Shown here piece after piece: positions 19,013-28,405 of a stretch of 64,000 nt of DNA. Every line of letters begins with the position of its first letter. Within the stretch, counting starts at the first letter, position 1. Origin of the DNA: Blastocatellia bacterium (GTDB taxonomy: Bacteria > Acidobacteriota > Blastocatellia > RBC074); the NCBI GenBank assembly GCA_035429885.1, contig DAOMFR010000019.1:67-64066 (forward strand). Reading direction: 5' to 3'. A model generated the notes under the pieces. The model was not told where the DNA came from and searched no databases. It saw only the letters and a program-made list of their open reading frames with translations. The translations under genes were made by a program, and so were the position numbers.

Positions 19013-21745
19013 ATGCTCTTTCTCAAGACAGGGCGGCTGACTGTCTGGCTGTCCTGCTTTTTTGCTCTTACGATGTTGGCGCTGAGTGCCAGAGCCCAAT
19101 CCGGCTACGAGGTGGCTGGCGCTGTGAAAGACAGCTCTGGAGCCGCGGTCAATCAAGCCACGGTCAGTCTGTTGAATTCTCGTCAATCGGCAGTGGCTTC
19201 GACGAGCACCGATGCGCAAGGTCAATTCACGCTTCGGAATGTTCCCGCCGGAAGTTACGAATTGCTGGTCAGCGGCAAAGGATTTCAACGCCGCAGCCGC
19301 GCCGTTTCGTTGCCACGCGATGCGGGTTCGCCAGTCGAGATTCAACTCGGCCTGGATTCGCTGACTGCCGAAGTCACCATCACGGCGGAAATCGGATCGG
19401 TGCAATCGCTGGACGAAACCACGCAACAGGTCAACGTCATTGACGAACGCAAAATCGGGCAACGCGCCACTTCTGTGCTGGCGCAAGTCGCGCAGGAAGA
19501 ACCGGGATTGCAACTGCAACGCACCAGCGCCACCATCGGCGCAATTTTTGTGCGTGGCGTGACCGGCGCAAAAGTGGTCAATTACGTAGACGGAATCCGC
19601 TATTCCAATTCTGCTGCGCGCGGCGGAGTCAATTCGTTTTTCAACCTGAACGACGCCAGCAATCTGCGCGCAGTCGAAGTGATTCGCGGACCCAACAGTG
19701 CGCAATTTGGCAGCGATTCCATCGGCGGCAGCGTCAATCTGATTTCTCAGCCGCCGCTGTACACCAATGGCGGGCTGGAAGTTCACGGCAAAATCTCCAC
19801 ACATTACAACAGCGCCGATCACGGTTTTGGCGGCAACACCTTGTTGACCTTTGGCGGCAAGGATTTGTCCGTGCTGGTGAACTTGCCGTTTCATCGCAGC
19901 AGCACGCTGCGTCCCGGCGGCGGGTATGACACACACGCCGCGGTCAATCGCTTTTTGGGATTGCGTTCGGATGTGCTCGACGGTGAACGTTCGACGGACA
20001 CGGCCTTCACGCAATACGGCGGATTGTTCAAGCTGAGCTATAAACTGACGCCGAACGACCAGCTTTCGGTGCATTACCAACGCGGACAAATTGATGGAGG
20101 CAAGCGCTTCGATCAAACGCTGGGCGGCGACGGCAACCTGATTGCCGACCTGCGCAATTTTATGCTCGATTTCTTTTATGGACGGTATGAACGATTCAAT
20201 GCCGGGCCGTTTGATGCCTTGTCGGTTTCGTATTCGTACAACGCTCAGCGCGAAGAGCGTGTGAATCAAGGAGGGAACGGAAATCCGACCGGCACGATTA
20301 CTCACCAATACGAACGCACTGTCGTTCACGGCGGACAAGCGCAAGCCGCCAAAGATTGGTCGCGCAATCATCTAGTCATCGGCGGTGAGTTTTATTTTGA
20401 CCGCGTTCGCACCCCATCGTTTGTCTTCAACCCGGCAAACGGAGCCGTGACGTTGGCTCGCCCACGCATTCCAGACGACGCCACATACAAAAACGGCGGC
20501 ATCTACGTTCAGGATGTCGTGACAGTGATTCCCAATCGGTTGCGACTGATCGGCGCGTTGCGGTACGGGCGCGCGTCGTATGAATCGCTGGCTTCAAACA
20601 GCCCGCTGGTGGGTGGCGCTCCGTTGTGGCCGAACGACAGTTTGACGGCGGATGCCGTGACGCCGCGAGTTGGCGCCGTGCTGACCATTGTCGAAGGGCT
20701 GAACATTTCCGCCCAGGTCAGCCGTGGATTTCGCACTCCGCACATCACCGATTTGGGAACAGTCGGACTGACCGGCAACGGATTTGAAGCCAACGCGGTT
20801 GATCTGGCGGGCAAAGGCGCAACGCTTGGTTCGACCGCTTCCAGCGCGGCAGTTTCGACGGGAATTCCGGTGGCTCAACTGAAGCCGGAAACCAGTTGGA
20901 CTTACGAAGGAGGCATTCATTTGCACCGCAGCCGTGTGGACGTTGATGTCAATGGATTCGTCAACGACATTTACGACAACATCGTGTTGCAATCGTTGAT
21001 TTTGCCGCAGGGAGCCGTCGGGTCGCAGTTGGGCGATCAACGCATCAGTTCGCAAAATGCCGCTGGCGTCGTCTTCGTTCCGGCGTCCACCAATCCGGTG
21101 TTGATCCGGTCGAACTTTGGCGATTCGCGCATTTACGGCATCGAACAGAAATTTGATTTGCGCATTTCGCGCAGTTGGACGTTCGGCCAGAACTTCACTT
21201 ACCTGCACGCGGAAGACAAATTGACGAAATTGCCGCCGACCATCGAAGGTGGAACGCCTGCGCCGCAAGGTTCATTGCGTGTGCGGTATGAAACTGCTGG
21301 CAGCCGGTTCTGGATCGAACCGTATTTGTACGGCGCCCGGAAACAGGATCGGTTGTCAACGCTGGATTTGGATGATCGCCGCACAGGCGCATCCCGTTCG
21401 CGCGGAGCAATTGCCAACTTTTTCAATCGTGGAGCATTCGCGCGCGGTTTGATCGCGGCAGGGAATGATGGACGATTTGGCACGGCGGATGACATTTTGA
21501 AACCGACCGGCGAAACCCTGTCGCAGGTGCAAACTCGCGTGCTGGGCACTGCGGCGAGCGCTCCGTTGTACACCTACATTCCGGGATTTTTGACGGGAGG
21601 AATTCGCGGAGGATTCCGCGTCGGAGAAAGTCACGAAGTTATGCTCGACTTTTCCAACATCAACGATAAGAACTATCGCGGCATCAGTTGGGGAACCGAT
21701 GCGCCGGGACGAAGCTTGGGATTCCGGTACAACTATCGGTTCTAA
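19013..21745 (+). CDS. TonB-dependent receptor with an N-terminal carboxypeptidase-regulatory-like domain
   Basis: AAGGAG SD and a signal peptide. CarboxypepD_reg-like segment (GAVKDSSGAAVNQATVSLL...DAQGQFTLRNVPAGSYELLVS). Plug and barrel motifs are present, and the protein ends in an aromatic residue (FRYNYRF). Confidence 0.9.
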   Translation: MLFLKTGRLTVWLSCFFALTMLALSARAQSGYEVAGAVKDSSGAAVNQATVSLLNSRQSAVASTSTDAQGQFTLRNVPAGSYELLVSGKGFQRRSRAVSLPRDAGSPVEIQLGLDSLTAEVTITAEIGSVQSLDETTQQVNVIDERKIGQRATSVLAQVAQEEPGLQLQRTSATIGAIFVRGVTGAKVVNYVDGIRYSNSAARGGVNSFFNLNDASNLRAVEVIRGPNSAQFGSDSIGGSVNLISQPPLYTNGGLEVHGKISTHYNSADHGFGGNTLLTFGGKDLSVLVNLPFHRSSTLRPGGGYDTHAAVNRFLGLRSDVLDGERSTDTAFTQYGGLFKLSYKLTPNDQLSVHYQRGQIDGGKRFDQTLGGDGNLIADLRNFMLDFFYGRYERFNAGPFDALSVSYSYNAQREERVNQGGNGNPTGTITHQYERTVVHGGQAQAAKDWSRNHLVIGGEFYFDRVRTPSFVFNPANGAVTLARPRIPDDATYKNGGIYVQDVVTVIPNRLRLIGALRYGRASYESLASNSPLVGGAPLWPNDSLTADAVTPRVGAVLTIVEGLNISAQVSRGFRTPHITDLGTVGLTGNGFEANAVDLAGKGATLGSTASSAAVSTGIPVAQLKPETSWTYEGGIHLHRSRVDVDVNGFVNDIYDNIVLQSLILPQGAVGSQLGDQRISSQNAAGVVFVPASTNPVLIRSNFGDSRIYGIEQKFDLRISRSWTFGQNFTYLHAEDKLTKLPPTIEGGTPAPQGSLRVRYETAGSRFWIEPYLYGARKQDRLSTLDLDDRRTGASRSRGAIANFFNRGAFARGLIAAGNDGRFGTADDILKPTGETLSQVQTRVLGTAASAPLYTYIPGFLTGGIRGGFRVGESHEVMLDFSNINDKNYRGISWGTDAPGRSLGFRYNYRF

Positions 21746-21750
21746 ATCAC

Positions 21751-21836
21751 TTTAGGCAGGAACGGCAGCATTGGGAGGTAGGCTGGAGTCCCCACACTCC
21801 AACCTATCCTCTGCAATCCTGTCAGTCCTGCCTAAA
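21751..21836. repeat. Nested imperfect hairpin element between convergent genes (possible terminator)
   Basis: Outer inverted repeat TTTAGGCAGGA (21751-21761) / TCCTGCCTAAA (21826-21836). Inner inverted repeat TAGGCTGGAGT (21779-21789) / ACTCCAACCTA (21796-21806) with one mismatch. Followed by CCCGTTTTC. Confidence 0.5.
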
Positions 21837-21845
21837 CCCGTTTTC

Positions 21846-23297
<1,452 letters not shown>

Positions 23298-23302
23298 AGC
23301 AA

Positions 23303-24076
23303 TTACTCCAATTCAAATTCAGCCACGACAGGCACGTGGTCAGAAGGTTGAGGCAATGCGCGGGGAGCTTTGTCCACCCAAACCGCAGTGCAAAGTTCGG
23401 AAAGCGGCTCTGTCGCCCACAGATGATCAATTCTGAGGCCCTTGTTTTTGGGAAACGCTCCGCCACGGTAATCCCACCAGGTGTACACGCCGGAATCGTC
23501 GTGATGCTGGCGGAACACGTCCACCAATCCCCAATCTTCAATTTTCTGCAACGCGGCGCGCTCGGCATCACTGCACAAAATTTGTCCCGCCCAAAGTTTG
23601 GGATCGTGAACATCGCGATCTTCTGGCGCGATGTTGAAATCCCCGCAGAGCACTACATCCTGTTTCGGATCGCAGCATTCATCAAAAAACTTTCGCAGGT
23701 TGCCGAGCCAATTCAGTTTGTAGCTGTATTTTTCCGAACCGACTTCGGACCCATTCGGGATGTAAACGTTGACGATTTTGACGCCGTTGATGGTTGTCGC
23801 CAGCAATCTGCGTTGTGGGTCTTCCGCGTCGCCTAAGAAGCCTTTTTGCACGTCGGACGGTTCGGCCAGGGAAAGTGTGGCGACGCCGTTGTAGGTTTGC
23901 TGGCCAAAGATTTCAGCTCGATAGCCGATTTCCCGAAAGGCGTCGGCAGGGAATTTGTCTTCCTTGCATTTGATTTCCTGCAAACACAGCGCGTCCGGGC
24001 GGTTGGATTTCAGCCAGTCCAGCACGTGGGGCAAGCGCACAGCAATTGAATTGATATTCCAGGTTGCAATTTTCAT
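23303..24076 (-). CDS. xthA: Exodeoxyribonuclease III
   Basis: [10 protein letters not shown]...LCLQEIK... and C-terminal SDHVPV are typical of the ExoIII/APE1 family. Length is 257 aa. Confidence 0.9.
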   Translation of the reverse strand: MKIATWNINSIAVRLPHVLDWLKSNRPDALCLQEIKCKEDKFPADAFREIGYRAEIFGQQTYNGVATLSLAEPSDVQKGFLGDAEDPQRRLLATTINGVKIVNVYIPNGSEVGSEKYSYKLNWLGNLRKFFDECCDPKQDVVLCGDFNIAPEDRDVHDPKLWAGQILCSDAERAALQKIEDWGLVDVFRQHHDDSGVYTWWDYRGGAFPKNKGLRIDHLWATEPLSELCTAVWVDKAPRALPQPSDHVPVVAEFELE

Positions 24077-24165
24077 AAGCGTAAAAGAACGGCCTTGGTT
24101 GATTCGGCCACATTTGAACTTTACTCAATCCGCCGTCTGGCGAAAAGGCTCGATGGCCTGAATCC

Positions 24166-25851
24166 TTACCCGATTTTGATGCCGATGCTTTCCAGAAACT
24201 TGGTCGGTTTTTCTCCACCGATCAGCGCGAAAATGTAATCGTTCTGGAGTCTTGCTGTTTCTTCAGCGGTTTTCGGGTCGCGTTCGCGGGCGCTCATCAG
24301 AGCGACTTCAGTCGGCGTAACTTCTTTGATGGTTTGTCCGAAATACGCCGTGATTTTTCCTTCGTCAATGCAATCGTAGACCAGCATTTTGTTGCCGAGC
24401 TTTAAATCGCTTTTGAGATTGCTGCGGATAATCAGCGAGACCGTGTTGTCACGCCAACCAGTGATTTGCGTGCCGTCATCGGAACGATAGGCGGCCAGAT
24501 CCACGGCGGCTTCAATGGCGGAATTGCCTGCGCCGACAACCACGATGTGTTTGCCGCTGTAATCGTTCGGATCCGTCAGTTTGTATTTGACCTTGTCGTC
24601 TTCAAAGGCAGGGGTCTGTTTAACCTTGGGAATGTATTTCTGGCCGCAATTGTGACAGAAGCGGTTATCGCTCAATCGCTTTTCGCCGCATTTGTTACAG
24701 AACGCAGGCATGATCATTTCCGTGGCGGTGACTACAATCTTGGAATCTTCGCCGGGCACGCCCAATTTCATCGGAGTTCCGCGATTGCCGATGGCCAAAA
24801 TTACACGACGAACGCTGTACTGCATTTTGCGTTTGGTTTTGTCCTGATCGGTTTCGACGATGAAGCTGTCGCCCACAGGTTTGACGCTTTTGCAGCTCTC
24901 GTATTCGTTGATGGTCAGGCCGTTGGTGCGAATCGTTTCCATCCAGGAACCAATCATCACTTCTTTGGTGGCGCCTGCGCCGGACAAATTGATTCCGCCA
25001 TTGACGGGTTTTTCCACCGGATTGAAATACACATATTTGCCGGCTTGATAAGTTTGCTGGATGGTGCCGACGACTTGATCCTGTTCGATGGCGATGTATT
25101 TCAACCCGCGTTGTTTGGCCAGCGCTGTCGCGGACAAGCCCGCCGGGCCAATGCCAACGATGGCGACGTCGTAATCGCAATCGCCGTTTTTCCCTGCGTG
25201 CTTCAAATCTTCGACAATGCAATCAACCACTGCGCCGCCTTCGTTAATGGCATTTTTGATCAGTGGAACCCCGGACACATCTCCGATCAGGTACACGCCA
25301 GGCACGTTGGTCAGGAATTGCTGGTCGCGCTTGGGAACCTTGCGTTCGGGAATCTGTTTGGTGGTATTGATGACGATGCAGGATTTCGGCACGGTCGGGC
25401 ATTCGACCTGACAACTGGTGTCTTCGGTGCATTGTTCGATGGCAATCGGAGTGGCTTTGCCGTTGACGATGGCCAGCACGTCATGCGGGCAGGCATCCAC
25501 GCAAGCATGGCAGCCAATGCATGTCGCCGTGTTGATGACCGGGTGAGGATACGGCGGGCCGTCCGGATCAAGCGCCGCTCCGAGCGATTGCGGCACCACA
25601 ACGGTTTTGGCTTTTGTGTCCGAAGGTTGCATTTCCGCTTCGGCCATAGCTTCGATGACTCGCTTGCGTTCAAAAAACGTGTCTGTCGCGACCAACGCTA
25701 ATCCGACAACTCCCGCAAACAGAATCAATCCCAGCCAGCCCATCGGCGGCACGGCTCCGAAACTGACGGTAAAGCGCGAAACAAACGCAGCCACCAGCAC
25801 CCCTGCCAACAAAAACAATGTAATGACGAGTTGCGATCTTTTCATAGCCAA
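24166..25851 (-). CDS. Membrane-anchored ferredoxin-flavoprotein (2 TM, 4Fe-4S ferredoxin domain, FAD/NAD(P)-binding pyridine nucleotide-disulfide oxidoreductase-like, inserted zinc ribbon)
   Basis: Two N-terminal hydrophobic helices. CIGCHACVDACP plus CTEDTSCQVECP. Dinucleotide folds DVAIVGIGPAGL and HIVVVGAGNSAIE. A CNKCG...CHNCG ribbon sits between them. Confidence 0.75.
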   Translation of the reverse strand: MAMKRSQLVITLFLLAGVLVAAFVSRFTVSFGAVPPMGWLGLILFAGVVGLALVATDTFFERKRVIEAMAEAEMQPSDTKAKTVVVPQSLGAALDPDGPPYPHPVINTATCIGCHACVDACPHDVLAIVNGKATPIAIEQCTEDTSCQVECPTVPKSCIVINTTKQIPERKVPKRDQQFLTNVPGVYLIGDVSGVPLIKNAINEGGAVVDCIVEDLKHAGKNGDCDYDVAIVGIGPAGLSATALAKQRGLKYIAIEQDQVVGTIQQTYQAGKYVYFNPVEKPVNGGINLSGAGATKEVMIGSWMETIRTNGLTINEYESCKSVKPVGDSFIVETDQDKTKRKMQYSVRRVILAIGNRGTPMKLGVPGEDSKIVVTATEMIMPAFCNKCGEKRLSDNRFCHNCGQKYIPKVKQTPAFEDDKVKYKLTDPNDYSGKHIVVVGAGNSAIEAAVDLAAYRSDDGTQITGWRDNTVSLIIRSNLKSDLKLGNKMLVYDCIDEGKITAYFGQTIKEVTPTEVALMSARERDPKTAEETARLQNDYIFALIGGEKPTKFLESIGIKIG

Positions 25852-25860
25852 ACAAAATAA

Positions 25861-26763
25861 TTAGTTGAAAAACGGAAACAGGATTTTCAGCTCAGCCTTG
25901 TCCGGCCTGCGCCCGTATTCGCAGATTTCAAACGCTTCGGCGTATTGCACTTTTGCGGCGCGATCTTTGCCATACCAATCTTCCAGGTTTTTGCGGTATT
26001 TGTCGGCAACGTTTTTCTGGCGATCCACGAAGCGTTGGCGAACAACTGCCCAGCGTTCTTTCTGCTTCGCGGGGTCTGTTGTCAGCAACTCTTGGTAACC
26101 GTTCGCGCCGCCTTCATAAAACTGCGACACCATGCCGAGCAATCCATCCAGTTTCTTTTCCATCACGGAATCAACATCCACCACCACGTCGGCCTGAAAT
26201 GGATTCGGTTTTTCAAAGCGGTCGGAAAAATACATAAACACGGGATTGTTCGTCAGATGCGGAACGTCCGGCGCGTAATTCGGAACCGTGACCATGTACG
26301 CCGCGTCTTGCACCAAAACTCCGGCGTAACGGTGATCGGGATGATAATCGTTGGGACGGTGGCTAATGACGATATCGGCTTTCCATTGGCGGATCAGTTT
26401 GGTGATGGCTTTGCGATTTTCCAGCGTCGGCAGCAATTCGCCATCGTGGTTATCCAGAATTTCCACAGTCGTGCCTAGAATCTTGGCGGCGCGTTCGACT
26501 TCGACTTTGCGGCGTCGAGCCAGCGGGCCACCCGCTTCGCTAAAATGCCCAATGTCGCCATTAGTGACGGCAACCAGTTTGACAGCGTGGCCTTTGGCCG
26601 CCCACAACGCCGCCGTTCCCGAAACTCCAATTTCCGCATCATCCGGGTGTGCGCCGAAACAGATGATTCTCAGTTGACGTTGCGCGGAATTGGCGGGAAG
26701 CAGGCTGTAAGCAGTCGCCAACAGACAATAGGTGGCGAGTAATAAGCAAAGTTTGCGAATCAT
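25861..26763 (-). CDS. PIG-L/LmbE family deacetylase with a signal peptide
   Basis: AHPDDAEIG motif and TNGD..H. I prefer the ATG at 26763 (MIRKLCLLLATYCLLA, GGAG 9-12 nt upstream) over the longer ORF-track start at 26868. Confidence 0.75.
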   Translation of the reverse strand: MIRKLCLLLATYCLLATAYSLLPANSAQRQLRIICFGAHPDDAEIGVSGTAALWAAKGHAVKLVAVTNGDIGHFSEAGGPLARRRKVEVERAAKILGTTVEILDNHDGELLPTLENRKAITKLIRQWKADIVISHRPNDYHPDHRYAGVLVQDAAYMVTVPNYAPDVPHLTNNPVFMYFSDRFEKPNPFQADVVVDVDSVMEKKLDGLLGMVSQFYEGGANGYQELLTTDPAKQKERWAVVRQRFVDRQKNVADKYRKNLEDWYGKDRAAKVQYAEAFEICEYGRRPDKAELKILFPFFN

Positions 26764-26900
26764 GGTTTTTCTCCACGGAAAGTATCGGGGCCGAATCCAT
26801 TTGCCCCTGTTTTTCGAATCAATTGAGATCGGTCGTGCTTCCCACAAATCGTGGTTTACGACATTCAATCTCTCAGTCCCTGCATCCTGCTATTTCTTCA

Positions 26901-28391
26901 TCATTTTTCCATCCGCCGCAAACTGGCGCGGAGTTCTTTTTCTTCGCCGTGCTGGGCGTGGCAAGAGACGCATTTGGGGCCACCAGCTTGAGTATTAGTC
27001 ATGAATTGTCTGCCGCGATCAGCAAAGAAGGCTTTGGCACTTTCATTCTGGGCGTTGGCCGTAGCCGGATCGGTTCCGTGGCACGCCGCGCAGGATTCAC
27101 GCACGCCTTGAGTTAAGGCTGTGTCTTCAAACCCCGCCGTATGGCAATCGGTGCAATTGCTGCGACCTTGTTGCCGGCCTGCCAGATGAAGCAGATGGAA
27201 ACTGTCTTTCGTTTTGTATAGCGCCGGTGTTCCGGGAAGCTCTCTGCGCGACCATTCAGCTTGAGAAATGGAAAACACGATTTCCGACCAGCGGCCATTT
27301 ACGACAGGATAGCCAAATGAAGCTCCGCCGTGAGGGGATTTCAACTCTTTGCCAGCGAAACTATTGCCATCGCGATGGCATCCCGTGCAAGCGGTATTGG
27401 CGACCAAAGCCGGGCGAAAATCTCGTCCCAAATGTTCCGTGTGGCAAGCGGTGCAAGTCAGCCCAGCTTTCATGTGTTTGTCGGATACTTCTGAATGAAA
27501 CGCCGAAGTCGAGTGGCAGGACGCGCAGTTTTGATTGAGCGACGCTTTGACCGAATGACACGTTGTGCAAGCTGACGAAGCAGGAATTCGAGCGATTCCT
27601 GGCGAAATCGAAAAGTCCTTTCGGGCATGTGCTGCCGAGAGCGCGCCAGGGGAATAAGCATCCTTGAAGATAAAAATCGCGGCCACCGACAGAACCGTCA
27701 CGATCAGCGTTGCCCATCCAAACAACGCGCGTGGCCAGGGGCGTTGCAAATCGCGAGTTGGAACCCAATTGAACTGTGCTCTGCCCAGACGTTTTTTGAC
27801 CTTCGGTTTGAGCGGGGAATCCGTCGCCAGCTTTCCGTCTTCGCGTTTGCGCTTGTCCCAAAAGATTTTCAGCGCCTGGGCATCCACAGGCTTCAACATT
27901 CCAGTCAGCATTCCGGTGCCGGACAAACGCCGAGTGCCTTTGGGCGTGACTTTGTCGCGTTGCAACTTGGCCAGAATTCCCGGATCAATGCGCACGGTCT
28001 TGCCTTGATCCGGAGGCAACTGCATCCCGGTTCCGGTGCTTGGCGCGGACGCCTCAACGGGCAAAGGCTTGACGCTCATTTCCACGTCGATCATCAGCCC
28101 ATCGCCTACATATCGCGGGAACAAAAAGAACGGGCCAATCTGAACAACGTCGCCGTCAGCGATCGGCGTTTGATCCACCAATTCGCCATTCAGCGTCGTG
28201 CCATTGGCTTCCGACAAGTTGAAAATCCAGTAATCGCCATTGAGCTCTTTGATTCCTGCGTGAGTGCGCGACACCGACGGATGGTTCAACACCAGGTCGC
28301 TGCCCGCCAATCGGCCAATCGTCAGCCCTTCGCTTTCTACCAGCGCAGGATCAAGACTAAGGTCTTTTCGGATGATGACGAACTTGTTCAT
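26901..28391 (-). CDS. FHA domain - single TM - heptaheme c-type cytochrome fusion protein
   Basis: N-terminal FHA (LTIGRLAGSDLVLNHPSVSRTHAGI...NGTTLNGELV...GDVVQIG). TM helix ALFGWATLIVTVLSVAAIFIF is preceded by basic residues. The C-terminal half has seven CxxCH motifs (CTTCH, CASCH, CTACH, CTGCH, CTDCH, CAACH, CVSCH). Confidence 0.8.
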   Translation of the reverse strand: MNKFVIIRKDLSLDPALVESEGLTIGRLAGSDLVLNHPSVSRTHAGIKELNGDYWIFNLSEANGTTLNGELVDQTPIADGDVVQIGPFFLFPRYVGDGLMIDVEMSVKPLPVEASAPSTGTGMQLPPDQGKTVRIDPGILAKLQRDKVTPKGTRRLSGTGMLTGMLKPVDAQALKIFWDKRKREDGKLATDSPLKPKVKKRLGRAQFNWVPTRDLQRPWPRALFGWATLIVTVLSVAAIFIFKDAYSPGALSAAHARKDFSISPGIARIPASSACTTCHSVKASLNQNCASCHSTSAFHSEVSDKHMKAGLTCTACHTEHLGRDFRPALVANTACTGCHRDGNSFAGKELKSPHGGASFGYPVVNGRWSEIVFSISQAEWSRRELPGTPALYKTKDSFHLLHLAGRQQGRSNCTDCHTAGFEDTALTQGVRESCAACHGTDPATANAQNESAKAFFADRGRQFMTNTQAGGPKCVSCHAQHGEEKELRASLRRMEK

Positions 28392-28405
28392 AAGTTGGTG
28401 GTCGG

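Noticed and set aside
18731-20371. A 546-aa minus-strand ORF overlapping the end of the BlaR1-like gene and the first half of the TonB-dependent receptor
   Set aside because: It is antisense to a receptor gene with clear family motifs and a strong SD. Its Arg/Ala/Gln-rich sequence has no domain signature. I treat it as a shadow ORF.
24466-25701. A 411-aa plus-strand ORF antisense to the ferredoxin-flavoprotein gene
   Set aside because: The minus-strand frame carries unambiguous Fe-S and dinucleotide-binding motifs. The plus-strand product is Gly/Asp/Phe/Arg-rich with no motifs.
25861-26868. Linking the PIG-L deacetylase (BshB-like) and the neighbouring flavoprotein (YpdA-like reductase) to bacillithiol metabolism
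   Set aside because: The deacetylase appears to carry a signal peptide. The flavoprotein is membrane-tethered with ferredoxin and zinc-ribbon additions that simple YpdA-type enzymes lack. No bshA or bshC genes are nearby. The idea cannot be supported from this window.
26764-26868. The longer start (26868) for the PIG-L deacetylase given by the ORF track
   Set aside because: The extra 35 residues (MNVVNHDLWEARPISIDSKNRGKW...) look non-protein-like. The internal ATG at 26763 has a GGAG upstream and begins a typical signal peptide. The start remains uncertain without experimental data.
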